This document shows positions 1 to 15,100 of a DNA stretch of 64,000 nt, in pieces. Location of the stretch: NCBI GenBank assembly GCA_002633005.1, contig NMRA01000023.1, positions 417,861-481,860 on the forward strand. Reading direction: 5' to 3'. The DNA is from Phoronis australis. Taxonomy: Eukaryota > Animalia > Phoronida. The translations under genes were made by a program, and so were the position numbers. Position 1 is the first letter of the stretch. Each line of letters starts with the position of its first letter. Below the pieces are notes generated by a model. That model made no database searches. It was not told where the DNA came from and saw only the letters and a program-made list of their open reading frames with translations.

Positions 1-1893
1 CAGAATTTTTCCCAGGTGGCCAAACACAATCTGATGTGGCATTGGGAACCTGCTGGTCGCCAAATGGAGCACTTCTCCTGATTTATCAGGTATCTGTCTG
101 TAAGAGTTAATATCGAGCTTAATCAGTCATTGCAACTCCTCGGAATAGATGGATCAAACTGAAAAGTTTCGAAAATACCCAGAATTGGGACACGTAAAAT
201 CCGTTCTGTTATGAATAATTGCTAGAGGTTGCGATTTGCAACAAGTGTAGTAAATCCAGAGATCAAATTCATAGCGTTACCTGGTGTTTAATCAAGAGAA
301 CTTGTAGTACAGACTTAGAGTGCTGTCGTATACTGGAGATGAGTGAATGGGAAAGCTATATGGTTTTGATTGGAGTTTTGCTTGTGAGAAAATGTCATTA
401 GTAGCTCAAAACTTGGTAAATCCTGCTTCGAATGAATTTAGTGCTCACCCAGTACTTAGTTAATCTATTGCAAATGGTAGTTATTTCACCTGCTCTGAGG
501 TCACCAGGTGTGTTTTGCAATTATTGAAGACCTTCAGGACTCAGGTGTTTCCGTAAATTCATAACTCAAACTAACGACGTACAACTAGGAGTCAATCCAA
601 GTTTACTCATGGTTGTATTTATCAATATTCTGCTCTGCTTCAAAATGCCCTTTTTGTGCACAGGAATAACATTTTTGGATGTTGTTGCATGTGCTCCTGT
701 TTTATCGGATTCAGAGTTTTGCTTCCATGTATTGTAGACCGCCCGTGTTCTAAGGTCTTATGTAGGGTCTTAGTGACAGATATGTGTATTAAGCCAAATC
801 TCTATAATACTTACTAAGAGATTTTGAACTCTGTATATGTATGTTGTATAGGTATGTATTTTCTGACCGCAAAAAATAATTTAGAAAACAGATTGCATTT
901 GGCGACAAGAGATTTTTTTTCAGTTTCGGCGATCTCAGATTTCGTTTGACGACCTGGGATTGTTGCCAGGTAACCAAATGCAACTCGGCATTTAGCTAAG
1001 TGTCGCGCTGATCTAAAATAAAATTTGTTCATGTTATTGATATCGATGTTTTGCTGTCAATGTACGTTTTTGGGTGTTGTTAAATTTTATTTAAAGTACG
1101 GTCATGTGACCCAGTTTTAACTCAACAAATTCTTTCTCTAGGCCTTCTACTTTAAAAAAATGGATACTTCTGCTTAAAGTTAAAATCTATGGTTTTGTAC
1201 GTATTTGGCTAAACACGTAGACTTGTCAGTAATGTCGTACATTACCAAGACATTTTCAGCCGCTCATTCCCGAGTCTCGTTCCTGAAATTATGCTGTGTT
1301 GATTTTGTAAATCTCAGTTATAAGACCAGCTTCACAAAAGTGTGTATTTACTGTTAATCTTCACTTATTTCACACAAAAGTAAATGCCAAAATGGCAATT
1401 GAAAGGCCAGCTCAGTTACAGAGAAGTGTTGTTTGATTACAGCAATACAGTACAGGCATTGTTTTCTTCATGTTCATTTTTGTTGAGAACTGTAACAAAA
1501 TGGAATTTCCATTTGTCAGCTGCGGTGGGTGCTAACTAGGTGTCGTTGTTGCTCATATGCTAATAGTTGTTGCTCATGCTCATCGTATTGAGGAAACATT
1601 ATGACAAATGATGTTTGAGCAGTACAGATGAGGACAATGAAGTCCTTGACAGCAGTACTGGCCACCTGCCTGCTACTGCAGGGGTCTAGGTACTAATTGA
1701 ACATTGCAATTACCCAAACACCCCCAGTCTTATTTTTTATGTTTATTAGGCAAAATATAATGTACAGTTATTGAAGTTAAATCAAAAAAGTGCTGAAAAG
1801 CATTATTGGATGTCAAAATATCTTATTACATGGATATCAATGCATATTTACACACATGTTTACTTAAGTACACCCATATAAATCTACCTAGGG

Positions 1894-2258
1894 TAGGGCT
1901 CGATGCTGTGAAAATCGCCAGGTCTCATTTTGCGACCTAGCCAAAATTCCAGGTCACATTTTCAAAATCTAGCTCGCATTCATCAATGCCAGGTCGCAAA
2001 CTTTTCCCAACATTTTTACTGGCTAAATTTGATTTTTAGATCATCAAGAAAATTATGGTCTTACCTGCGGCATTTAATACTTACAAATTTCAGATCTCAG
2101 AATTGAGTTCTTACGTGCAGGTGGGGGGTTCATCACGACCGCCATTGAAAGACTAGAGTGCAAGGCTAGTTGCCGACGTGAAAGTTAAATCAGTGCTCTC
2201 TAACCGACACATGCATTCGAGTAGCTAAGTTTGCAATGTGAAAAGGGAGAAAATACTC
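1894..2258 (+). mobile_element. End of a hAT-like DNA transposon (repeat shared with 41405-41785)
   Basis: Starts (T/C)AGGGCTCG with repeated ccaggtcgca subterminal motifs; about 360 bp alignable to the second copy. Confidence 0.7.
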
Positions 2259-3400
2259 CCAAGATGTCGATGGAGTTTCCAATATTGTTGGTCATGTAAG
2301 AACCGAATGTGCTCGTGTTTTTTCTCATTTCATTGCTCAGAGTGGTGATGTTTCGTGTACTGTCATGTCATGAGGAATCGCAGAAATATAGGTCACGGAC
2401 TAGAAATTCCTGTCAAGTACCACTTTGTTGGTTCTTCCAAGGCAATGAAATACGCGCGACAAGTGCTGCCTCAGTGATCACTATATGCCAACACGAGTTC
2501 CGCGCATGAGTTAAAGGAAACGATTGTGTTTCCTTCAGTAAAGAGCATAACACAGGTATTTTTACACCATAGGCAAGGTCCTGGTTCCGCTAAAAGTGAC
2601 TGATAGTCATTGAAAGGCAAGTGAGTTGCGTTCATTTCAGAATCTTAGCTTTGTGCGACGAACGTTCACAAAAGCGCAGACACTTGTAAGGAAGTCTCGA
2701 TCATGAAAAATTGGGGGTGGGTGGTAAGCCGAGTATGGGCGCTTAAGAATGAAAAATTGGAAAGTTTGGAGGTGGGCGGTAACCTGGACCAGTACGGTAC
2801 TTTGGAGTCCTTTTCCATCAGGCACTTAAAAAGTATGCTTTTTTCTTAGTGTGGATATTTTTTTAAAATATGCATTAAGTGTGACCTCTGATAAAATCTT
2901 ACTGGACTTCTATCAGAAACAGGGTAAAGATTTGTTACCAGTTGACCAGCATGCTACACTTGTGCTGTTATTGTGTGCTCAGGGTCATTGGAGTGATGTA
3001 CTGTGGCTAATGGGAGTCTGCCTGGTGTGTGCTGTCACTTGTGACCAATGTCCCCTCTGGACAAGTCACTGTAACTTGTCACAGGGAGAAGGGGGGTAGA
3101 ATAAAACAGGGCAATGACCACTCAAGGTTAGCAATTGTTTTGTTAACATAAAACTATGTTAGTTTTATTTGTATATGGGTGGCAGATTTTACATACCATA
3201 TGTTGTGTTACACAATGTTTAAGGTGTATACTATTTGGCTTTTCCAGATTCTTTTTTGCTTATTGTATGACCTCAAGATAAATGTCTGTTGTGCAGTTTG
3301 TTAAGGTGTTATGTAAATTATGCTGATAGTTGAAATCCTAGTTGATGACCCCAGCATTGAAGTCAGAAATTGTATGGATTCAAAATTTTTTACTTGTACT

Positions 3401-3713
3401 TACCGTAAATACTCAGGTTAACGCCCGGGCACTTAAGTTGACCAGCTCAGGGAAGGGGAGCTTAATCCAGAGATGGGCGCTTAAATTGGAAATTTCAAGA
3501 AATTGAGCTTGGCGGTACTTGGACACTTAACGCGAGTCAAGACCATCCATGATTTTGCAATTGAAATCCACAGACCTGATGTTCAAAGGATTTTATGCAG
3601 TGAAGCAAATTTCAGGGAGCATCTTAACTGAGGAGTGTTTTTTAGTAATTAAAAAATTTTATAAGTAGATGATGGATGCGCCAGCATGGGTGTTATCCTG
3701 AATGTTTATGGTA
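3401..3713. mobile_element. Tc1/mariner(pogo)-type MITE
   Basis: Imperfect TIRs taccgtaaatactcaggttaacgccc / gggtgttatcctgaatgtttatggta with TA ends. Confidence 0.65.
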
Positions 3714-5736
3714 AGTTTGTAGCCCCCCCCCTCCTGCAATGTAGGGATCACCAGATGCAAACTTGGACTAAAACTTATCTGCCTTGGCTATAGTACCCTA
3801 TGCTCTTAGGAGTTCCAGTTCAGAAATTAGGCACCCCCAAGTCTACAACTTTCACAGTGAATAAAAAGACCATTTCATAGACTGCATCTAAATGTGTATT
3901 GATATTGTGGAGATTGTTAGTGTTAGAGGTGAGTGCACATTCATGTTTTTGTACTGTTGTTTAATGAAGTGAGTTGTTCCTGACCAGTACAGTTGAAAGT
4001 CGGTCAGGCATATATGAATATAGGGTATGCAAGTTGTGCTCTAGGCTTGCTCAGTGGCCATAGAATGACATTCATGAAATGACCAGGTTTTTAAATCTGT
4101 CCAATATTGGATTGGTGTTTATAGAAAACGTACTTTTGTCGATTTATGTTGTGAGTTGGTGAGGGGTTTGGATAAAGTTCTTATTTATCAGGAGTGTTTT
4201 TAGAAATTTTGATATTTTGTACTTTGGTCTTTGCCTGCTACAAATCAGCAAAACATAGTGGGGTTCAACAAATTATTTCCGTGTTATATCTGCCTATATA
4301 GACGCACCTCATGTGAAATTTGATGCTGCTCACTATTATTTAGCCTCACAATAAAAATAAAAACAGAAAATCAGCATTTTTCAAGTTAAATGATCTCTGA
4401 TTTGAAACGAAAAACAATATTCAAATGTTTTATAAATAATAATTAGCTAGTATCATAAAGCAACAATATGAAAACCCCCTTTAAAGAGTTCCCCCCATGA
4501 CCCTGTGTCTCAAAAAGAATTTTATTAATCCATCATAAGAAATTTAATTGCCTTTAGGTATACCTGTTGCAAAGAAACTAGCCAAAAATTAAAAAAAAAT
4601 ATTTTTCTGTTATTGAAGTTGTATGTAATGGGTAGAAGACCCGTCTCCACTGTTGTTGTTTTTACCAGTGCGATACAGACGAGTTGTTAAGAAAGTCCAC
4701 CGAGAGTGGCCTTTGTTCAGACATGAAAAGATACGTTTGTAGAGACTGTAGTAACAGCAACTTGACTGAGAACGTCTCTTGTGTTCAAATTTCCTAAATA
4801 TGTGAAAGTTGTGGTTTGTGATCTCCTCTCTGTCTGCATAATTGTCCAGTTCCTTCTCTGCTGTGTTCCACCATTGCAATTGATTGTCAAGTGACCAAAC
4901 GTGTTCTAGCCATTGCTTCATTTGGCGGGAAACTTGGAAATAACTAATTTTTCTTTAAAAAATTGCAACTATTTGTCATAAAAAGTGCTTCTTTAGTTCG
5001 ATTTTATGATAATCATTTTATATTACCTAACTGAATCCTTAAAAACTAAGATAATGCCTGGCGGGAGGCGGGAGCTCTTTAAATTTAATAAATTATTTCC
5101 TAGCTTGAAGTACAGAGTATTTTACTCAACACCTCATTATTTTGTTATGTAACTAGTTTTGAACCACCCTAGTTTTGTTTTTAACAAAATCTTACTCCTA
5201 CCAAAAGTATTGGAGGTTTGTGGGGAGCAGCAGCCCGCAGTAACCTGCACTTTTCAACCCTGTGTCATCACTTGTGTTTTGAAAACTGATCTCTCGAAAT
5301 TCCATAATTCTAGACTACACATCAGGGGTGATTGCACAATTTATGGCATAAGTGAATCATTGTGTGGGCGTTAAGCTATCTGTGGATGATTTCATCTCTT
5401 CAAAGATGGCCTCCGTATGTTGTTGACTGTTTCCTCAATGGAGGATTTCATTAGCCTTTCCTGTAAACCGTGTATTGAATATTGTCCGCAGTTCTACTTT
5501 TGGGTTTCAGGTTTCTGTGCTTGTACTTTGCTTACCTCATTTCAAGTCATTTGGATAAGCAAGCCCTGATCAGGATCCTCCCATTGTCCCATCACATTTT
5601 CAAAACATGCAAACAGTTACTGAAAATACATCCTTGGACATAAATGTAGAAAATTTTCCGAAAATACACCCAAGGGTGTTCTTTTGGGTTGGCCTATTTT
5701 CAGAAATTCTCTGTGATACTACACGGAGTTACTGTC

Positions 5737-6410
5737 AGGGGTTCATCCAGAATTTCAAAAATGAGGCATCCAAAATGAATTGATCAATTTCTCAGGGTGT
5801 CCATGACCATTAACACGTTACATTATTTCTATGATCCAAAGTTATATTGCTATTAGTGTGGTATGTTACTCTGGAGACCTGGTATTTCAATAAAGGTTTT
5901 TGTACCTTACACAATTTCTTAACCAATTTTTTTATTCTGGACATGCCAGTGAGCTCCCAGAGATGTTGTTACTGGGATTTTCCGTAAATAACTTCATGTC
6001 CCTGTATTCAGAAAATTTACAGGGCGTTTCAGGAATACCAAATAATCGCCCGGTGTTTGTTCGGAAAGGGGGGGTATAAACTGAATTTCATAACCTCGAT
6101 TTATATGAAAATATCAGCTATTTTAAAATGTTATATACTTAGTTTGCTATCCCTTGGTTTGTTTTCATGAATGCTCCACAAAACTGAATTTGTGGCTAAA
6201 AGTTGATACTGATTGGGCTTTTAAGAGGAAATTTTCTGGTGTTTCATCGGCTGGGCTTATCTACGGAAAATCCCAGTAACAAGTTAAAAGAGACAGCCAT
6301 GCTTACTTGTTTACTTTACTTGGGTGTCCAAAAGCTGAAAAAGGCTCCCCAACTTGGGTGCCTAAATTTGAGTAAGGGTGTTCAGTTGGATGCCCTGGAC
6401 ACTACAGATG
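5737..6410. repeat. Old interspersed repeat (MITE-like), related to about 10915-11260
   Basis: Shared blocks gtgtggtatgttactNtggagac...caataaag and agggtgttca...gNcNNtggac...atgaa in both places. Confidence 0.5.
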
Positions 6411-6902
6411 AAGATCTCGTTACTGCTACATCTTGTAAAAAGCATTTCCACGTTATAAAAACTATATTTCATCAAGCATGGAATATTGGCAAGCAGCAAA
6501 GTATTTTGGATAACATTTACAAGTTTTCAAAATCATTAAAAAGTTTCCAGATACTTTATAATTATAGTGCAAATCAGCTGTACGCCACCTAATGTTAAAC
6601 TCAAGAGAGCCTAGTAATAACTCTGGGCCAGAGTGATTCTCAAAATAGTTAACACCAGAACTTCTAGTACTCTTTATGGTACATCATGTCCTTTGTTTTT
6701 TGGTTGCACTCATTTCTAGTTCTCCCCTGTCCCCTTGTAAAGCCTCAAGGGCAAAGCTGATAAGTCCATAGTCAATGCCTTACCAGCTGTATATCTTTAC
6801 TATATGCATTTTCTTTTTAATCAGATTTAATTGCTTTATGGATAAAAAGAACTTAAGTGCATTCATTTTCTAAGTTTTTAAGCCAAGCTTGAAGGTTCTG
6901 TC

Positions 6903-7964
6903 AATAGGCCTTTTGCGAGTTTATAACAATAACGCGAGATTATGTGAGACTTAACTGTGACGTCACGGGAAGTGGGGCAAAAGCTTGTCGTTTGGTCGTT
7001 TGCCCAATACGGTAGCAGAGTGTATTCTGTTATTGTCTTCGAGTTTTTAGCCGTTTAGTTCAAAAAATGTCCAAAAGCATTGCTGTTATGGCAAATGAAC
7101 TTCAGATTCGCACTACAATACGTTCTATCGCGTTCTGTACTAATTTCGTCCCATGTATTTTAAACGGACGGTAGGCGAAATCCGCTCACTGATAAAGTTT
7201 TCACCTCGTCGAAAATACATTCTACACCTAAAATTAACACCTAAAAGGCTCTTACTTTCTTCAGTGACTCTTTCTGCTTCTAAACATATCTTCGATGAAG
7301 CATATATACGGGAATTCAGGTGACTTAGGCGAAGAATTCTAACTCCACTTTGTGGTTACTGTTAACTTTGTCCGCACGCGCGATTACCACAATCAAGTAT
7401 TTCAACTGAGTCAGGTGAGTATGAGGCAAAGGCTAGCGCGAGACTGAGCGAAGCGAGAGATCTGGCGTGTGACACTTGCAAAATAGCAAGAGAAAATATC
7501 AAGTGAAATTTGTAAGATTTGTGTCCCTTGGACTTTTTGTTTGTCAACAGGCGTGATTTCATGTAACTTCCTCAAAATGGCAGCTCTTTAGTGAGACAAA
7601 CTCGAGAGAACCGCGAGGTTTTCATGAATATGCTCAAGTTATTTCTAGACTAAATTGTGTCCAGAGTCAGGGTATGTCTGCGCCATTCAGGCCTAGAGCG
7701 GGTTAAGTTCCAATTTCAGTCCGTTCACAGCTTCGCACAACACAACAAGGTCACATTTTCTTCGTCTATTCACAGTTATTCCACGACCCATCTACCATAG
7801 CTTAAGTTGTTTTAACGTTTTAAGCGTAAAATTCACCATAAGAACTCCAGTAAGTTTTAGCGTGTATAGCAAAGACTCGGGGCAAAACAAGAGCAATATG
7901 GCGGGTTTTGCCCCCTTTCCGGTAACGTCACAGTGACTAGCGAGAAACTCGCAAGTGAGCTATT
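6903..7964. mobile_element. Non-autonomous DNA transposon with imperfect TIRs
   Basis: Left aatagg..ttgcgagttt...actgtgacgtcacgggaagtggggcaaaa matches the reverse complement of the right end ttttgccccctttccggtaacgtcacagt...aaactcgcaa..ctatt. Confidence 0.65.
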
Positions 7965-8873
7965 AACACAGTGTGTTTAATTTCTCATCGATTAAACTCG
8001 TCTCGGATTGGGATATTTCCAGCAGTCATTTTTTAGCTTCTGAAGTTCATTTGTGAAGCAAAGACTGGTAGTTGCTGTACACCTACATGTATGCATCAGC
8101 AAACACATACTTAACCTTCCTCTTTCTATCTGAGTCAATAACAGCAGTTATTTCTGTCTGACCCTTAACAATGATTATTAGCCTGAGGAGTATACATCCA
8201 TTATGTCTTCAACAGTCCACTCTGTGCTTGTAAGGCTTCCCAATGGCAGTGTCCTTAATCACTTGATCATGGCATCTTGGATGCCTGTGGTGATCCCATG
8301 ATCTCATTCATAAATTGGTGGTTTGCTCCCATTCATAAATAAGTGGTAAATTGTTGGTTCATCTGATACCAGGTGTTGGGAAGCAGTAAGACTTAGAAGT
8401 CAAATAAAGTGGCTATACTTAGATTGGTTAAAAATAGCCGCTTCCAATATTGATGCTCAGTATTTGGCGAGAGTTATTGACAGGGATGGCCTTGTCTTCT
8501 CTGAGCTCTGATCTGAGCAAAACATTACTGCTATGATCATGCATCGTACATTTTTTCTACAATTAGTTTTACAGCTGCAACAAATTTTTGCAGACGATAT
8601 TTTCTCGGTCGAAGCTTAGCGTGATAAAATGTGTAGTAAGTTATAATAGTTGCTAAACCTTAATTTATAGATTCACTTTCTTTCCGTTTCGTTTAAATTT
8701 TCAATTGGTTTTGAGTAAAAGCTTTATTTGACAAAAATAGCTCGGCTTTTCTAAAAGGTCACGACCTCTGACCCCGAGCCTCTGACATAGAAAGTAGTTA
8801 CAAAGCCAAGGCGAGTCTAGAAAGGTAGATCGATTCATTGCAATGTTTCTCGTTCAGTATGTGGTATAAATAG

Positions 8874-9043
8874 ATTATTACATGGTCTCAGTCATTTTCC
8901 CCCTTATCTGAGCCCTCGTGGATTTTTGAGAATTATCGCCCTCTGGGCTGACACCCCTCGTGCGATAATTCTCCAAAACCCACTCGGGCTCTAGAATACG
9001 GGTTCTAGAATACAGGGGATAACGACTGAGAACATGTAATAAT
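8874..9043. mobile_element. Palindromic fold-back MITE
   Basis: attattacatg.tctcagtc...gagccc.cgtgg.tttt.gagaattatcgc pairs with gcgataattctccaaaacccactcgggctc...gactgagaacatgtaataat. Confidence 0.7.
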
Positions 9044-11938
9044 TTATATTTGTTAAGTTATTTATGAGCCCAGAACAATTTGAGATCAGTTTTATAGCAA
9101 AAAGTGATCTAATTAAAAAAATAATATCTTTGACGTGGAGAATACTGAGTGGAAGTGTATGGGGGCTACCATCTGCGTACTCTCTATTCATAAGCTGTTC
9201 ACCTCTTTGCACAGACAGTTCTTCTTCCATAATATTTTTGCTGGTTTCTGTTGCCTTGATCACCACACCATATGTTCTGTGTCTAGACTGATGACATACT
9301 TGAAGTTGGGGCATGGATACTTGAAGATGACCATCAACAGTTGTGCAGTGTTGTCTCCATGGCGATGCAATGCAGTGTCTTCCAGGGGTCATGATCTCGT
9401 CTATCAGTTTGCCCTTTGAATGCCTTGCAAACCAAAATTGTTTCCACAACAATGCGTGATGTGTTCTGTTGTCTTTGATACATTTTTCCCTTATTACTTG
9501 TTGTTAAGTTCATTTAATAAAATTGGAAAATGTGCATTATCAATATTTATATGTATCCTCATTATTTGGCAATGTTGACAACAGCGTAATCTGCTGACTC
9601 TGTAGCATTGTTTGCAATAAAATCATGGGAGTTTATTGATTTCAACAATACTGCAACCTCTGCATTGTTTTGGAAGCTTTCTCTTGTGGCACAAGATCTA
9701 CCGCCTATCTTTCACTCTCACACTCAAACACCAACACACACGCCATATTGATTATGGTTTTGTTTAACTGACCTGATTATAGGTAATTTCTACAGTTTAC
9801 TTCTTTATTGATTCATGAAAACCCTTTGATGACATGTTCAACCTTCTGCTTTGCCATTGATTTCTGTTGTTTTGATTTAACTCACTTTATAACTAATATA
9901 CTGCCAGGTCTGAGCACTCACTCACTGAGCACATTCACATGTTTAGGTCAAATTCCACTGTTGAGTTGATTGCATTTTTCAGTTTCAATAATTCATCATT
10001 AATTGACAAGTGTTGCTAAGGGGAATGACCTTTTTATAAAATCCTTGCAGGAGATGACTAAAGTTAAACTTTCATAGTTCTTTTGTGGTCAGCTAAGAGT
10101 CTGGTTGTTGTTGAGCTTGCAGCACCTAATAAGAACAGTGTTATCTAGAAGGCACTGTGTTATTGCATCTGTCTAGACAGTGGAAAAGGTCATGTCCAAG
10201 CTTTTAAGCACCAGTTAATGGGAAATTTCCTGTCCATTCTATGAGCCTGGCTGACATTGATAACTTTGCATCTTGAGTAGTAGGAATATGTGAATGTTCT
10301 CACAACTTTGTCATGAACTTGAAACTGTTTAGAGTAGGATACAACAAAATATAAAAGCATGTAAATTATTATGTTTTTGTACTTCTAACTGACCAAAAGC
10401 TAACACTCAGGTTTATTGTTTTCAAACATTTATCTCTCTAAATACCAGATATCAGTGAAAGCGAAAATCAGTGTAAAATATACATTTGAGAGAATTCTTA
10501 ATAAATGTTTTAGTTGTGTTAGAGGAATTATGTAATTTATTTCGTCACCTCCTGCTAATTTAGAATGCCTGATATGATGAACAGTGGATTTGTGCTACCC
10601 AGGTGATTTAGACATTTTCTTGTAACAGGTGTTGTCTGACTGAGTTCGTTGAACTGAACGGCCACTCCATAGTGTAGACATGGAATAAATGTTCATGGCA
10701 ATCACATATGGCTTCCACAGTTTTCGATTGAGTTCGTGAACAATGTAAATCAGTAAAACATTGCCATCGTTGTCTTGTTGCTTATTATGTTAAAAAAGTT
10801 TTCACACAAAAATATACTAGATGGAACTTTTCGTGAAACAGTATCCTTAAAACTTTCCTGAGCTCCGTGAACTGGAAAAGTAATTCTTGCCCTTTGACCG
10901 TGGTATTTTAGTGACACTGAATGAGGATTTCAAAAACAGGTTGTCTGAAACGAATTTTCAAATTTCCCATTACCAATGGCGTGTGACTGTGTTTGTATGA
11001 CCCCAAGTGAAATTGTGGTTTTGGTGTGGTATGTTACTATGGAGACATGGGTCTGCAATAAAGTTTATCCCATCTGACATCATGCCTTAAGTTAACATTT
11101 TCACTCTGGACTGGCCAGAGCTGCTGTTTCAAAGGTAAAGAAACACCAATGATTACCTGACTAAGGCGTCTAAAATCTGAAGAGGACATCCTAACAAGGG
11201 TGTCAAATTTTGAATCAGGGTGTTCATTTTGACACCATGGACTCCTTCTAAATGAAATGTTGCACTGAAAGTCCCATTTTCTGATTTAGCGGAGGCATAA
11301 CAAATGGCAGCCATGTCCCTTGTATAGTGGTGGGTGGTGAATGGCGCTCTGCATTCTTATATGGGGATTTCATTCTATGGTGTTTCCAGGATTATCCTGG
11401 TAGGTTACTATTTCTTTATAGTCATTATGTGGTCAAATTGCCACTTTTGTTTTTATGGTGAGATATTCAAGTCTGTTGCTAAAAAAAATTCAAAATTCTC
11501 GAAATGCCCATGAACGAAAAAATCATTTGTTTTGTCCCATTAAACTCAACCTGTCTTTCACTCCAGGGAGCATTTTATCAAAGGTTCTAAGTCCGGTTGT
11601 TACTAAGTCTGTGGTGGGCACGTTATTGCCAAAGTTACTCTGCATTTTTGTAGGCAAGCGAAAACATTGCAACTGACATTGAGGTGACATACAGTTAGTC
11701 TTAGTGACCTCCTTCATGTGTCGTGGTAGTGAAACTGCATGCTGATTCAAATTGAAGTTAACCACCATCTTAGCCGAGATCGGACGTCTGACCTTTAAAG
11801 TGGGTGCCAAAACTAGAAATTTCTTCTAAGAAGAGATCTTTCGTTTCCTATTATAGCTTTAGTATAGTATGCACGGTTCTTCCTATTAGCATCTCCCTAG
11901 TTTGTGATGAATTTCAAGTTATTTTGGCTAGTCTATAA

Positions 11939-12271
<333 letters not shown>

Positions 12272-14589
12272 TAATTGAGATGTGTCTTAGGATACTGAAA
12301 TGTTTTATCAGGAAAGTGTACTTGAATCAAAAATTGAGAAATTTCATCTGGGACAAGATATTGCATCCGAAGAAGAAATGGCTGTACTTAATTAAAGGCA
12401 TTTTTATCGAAGTTCCATTTCATAGCGTCAGCTACTGTATAGTCATTATTTTCTTTGATAAATCGCTTCCTTAAAAATTCCTGGGAAAAGGTATTAGATG
12501 ACTGGATACTCATCTGTCCTCAAATTATCAGCTGAAGTGCCTTGGATGGTTCCTTAGTCTTGTCTGTGGACTTGGGGGTAAAATTAGTAGAGCTTACATA
12601 TGCCAGGGTGCAGGAAATAGTCCCAAATGGATACTCAACTCTTCGGCTTATTTGTGCCTGTTTACTTACAGTCGTTGTGTTTTTCTATCATTTTTCTGTA
12701 TTATGAGATCCTCTTTGACCAAGTACATTTTCTGATGATATATCTAAAAGCTGAACCCTTATTTCAATAAAAATAAGTAGAGACTTAGCCCTTAAATTAG
12801 TGTTGTTGCGTGAAAAGATGCCTATTTGTTTTCATTGATATTGAGAATTCAACGTAGAGTGTACCTTTGGTGTGTATAAAAACCAAAAATTGAATTAGCA
12901 ATGAAAGTAAAACAGCCTAACTAAGAACAACTAGTGTTTTCGCAAGGCTACAGAAACGGTGAAAAGTTAGGGAACATAGTTTTGTCTCTATTTGGTACTA
13001 TTTCATGCAATCGGCTTCTGGTCCCTTCCTTGGTGCATCAAATGTTCGCTGGCCACAAGGTTGACGCCGCTTCTCAAAACACCCGAATGAGATTCATTGA
13101 AGCCGTCTTGTTGGTCACCAGGTTCTTCATGAGGGAAATTTTCTGAAAAGTCTTCTTGTTGCTTGTCCTGCAGTTTCAGGAAGATCTTTTCGTGTTAATC
13201 CTGAGGTTTATTGCATTGGAGTCTCTTAAACTCAGACTGGCACATATGGCTATCTATAGGAAATCCCGCAAGGGGAAGTGTGTTCTCTCTTTTAGAGCAG
13301 TCCTCTGTATTCCTCAACCCAGCTGATATGACTGATGTCTTGTTAACCAATACCTTCCTTTAAATGCCATCTGTCTGGAGAATCTGTGCAGGCCATACCT
13401 ATGACTGCACACACTATGGTTTTATGGTGTATCAGGAATGTTCTTTGTTGCCCCTTTTGTCTTTGGGGGACTAGTTTGACCTTTGACATGAAAGAAAAAG
13501 AGCAAGTTTCCAAGGCAGAACACTTGTCTGGCTGTGGTAAGAGCATAGTTTGTGAAGGCACCTGCATTTAAGAGAACCATTGTGTTGAACCCAATCAGGA
13601 TATCTGTCTCCTCTCCTCTAAAACTGCACATTTTACCCATAATGCTGTTCTGTCTAGTGTGATCTGTCAGGTTTTTATTGTTTTATCTTTAGTCAACCAT
13701 GTAAAATATCTGTTGACGATTTTGTCACTGATCAATGTCAGGAAAATTTTGTTGTAATGTCTCAGAAAACATATGTGATTACGAACATCACATCGTTATT
13801 AGAGAAATGCTTAACATGTCAAGAGACAGGTCAGTTTTGTGTGCTGTTATGGTGTTTGTCTACTGCGTTTTAATGTGCTTGAGCCAGTGAGACCCTTGAT
13901 CCAGTTACAAACACATTGTTCATTACATGCCCACTCTGCACACAACTTGACATTATTTTGCCTCTTGATAGCACTCTTCACGTTTTATTACCTGAGAGTG
14001 TAATTGTTGCTGAAAAAGGGCATACTGTGTATGTCGACAGAGTAGACACGTTCTTCTTAACCTGTTTTGACTTGCTAGTGCGTCGAGTTTGAATTTTGTG
14101 GTGATGATTTTGACGTACTTGGTTTGAGTTTGAAAACCTAGGGAACGAGTTGGAAGATTAACAATTTCTTCAGAAAATTAAGATAGTTTGGATTTTTTGC
14201 TACCAGTTCAATGTATGTCTTTCAAGACTTAACATACAAACTCTCCACAGCTTAGACATGGACTTTTGAAGAATACATTCATGAAGTTTTTAATTATAGT
14301 CGAGCTTAGTGCTGTTTGTATCTTGTTTTGTTATTATGTGATTGTGCACTTAAAACAAACTGGAGTTCACCTCCACTCATGTATGTTCCTTGACGCACAC
14401 AGTTCACCAGGTGAATGCACAGGGCTGTATTGATCAGGTTGATGTCTAGCAGTGAATGTAGGTAGACACAACACTGGAAAAGTCGACGGCAACTCACCTA
14501 GTACCATGTTAATTAAGAGTGCAAACTGTCGCCACTGGGCTGTGAATGTCCACACTGCTTCAGTGTAAAATGAGCAATTGTATACATAC

Positions 14590-15100
14590 ATATTTATTTA
14601 TTGTACAGGCCACGTGCCCACATTACAATAAAACAAATTGACAATAACTATCAGTGCACTGTCATTAAGGAGAAAATACAATTAATGATAATGGAATACC
14701 TAACAATATCTTTCTTTTCTTCTCTGCTTCCAGCAAGTATTTACAAATGTTTTTTAAATCATTAGTTTGCAGGGTTAGCAATATTAATAAAGTTTACAAA
14801 ACTAATGTTATCAATATTACACATTAAGTATCTCTAGCTGATGTCTGTATACAGAGGACATTCTAGCTAAAAGTGTATTTCATTTTCTATCTTTCTCGTA
14901 TTACAGCAGTGACATACTCAGTTCTCCCTGACAACCCCACTACATCTACCTTCATTTATCATTATTAAAAAACTGTACACCTGAAGCCAGCAAACAGTTT
15001 AATATTTCTTGACAAGTGACAGATTGTTCCGTGACAATAACTACACATCAAGACTAGTCGCTTATAGAGGTCCTGGATTTTGAGAACCAGTTTTATCCCC
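14590..15100 (-). mobile_element. 3' end of a degenerate LINE (Cys/His knuckle and A-rich tail)
   Basis: Minus strand gives ...VCHCCNTRKIENEIHF..ECPLYTDI (with lesions), followed by gtacaataaaataaa. Confidence 0.6.

Noticed and set aside
4610-4921. 103-aa minus-strand ORF; likewise the overlapping ORFs at 8991-9452
   Set aside because: No recognisable domain or consistent splice structure. Possibly transposon debris, but unsupported.
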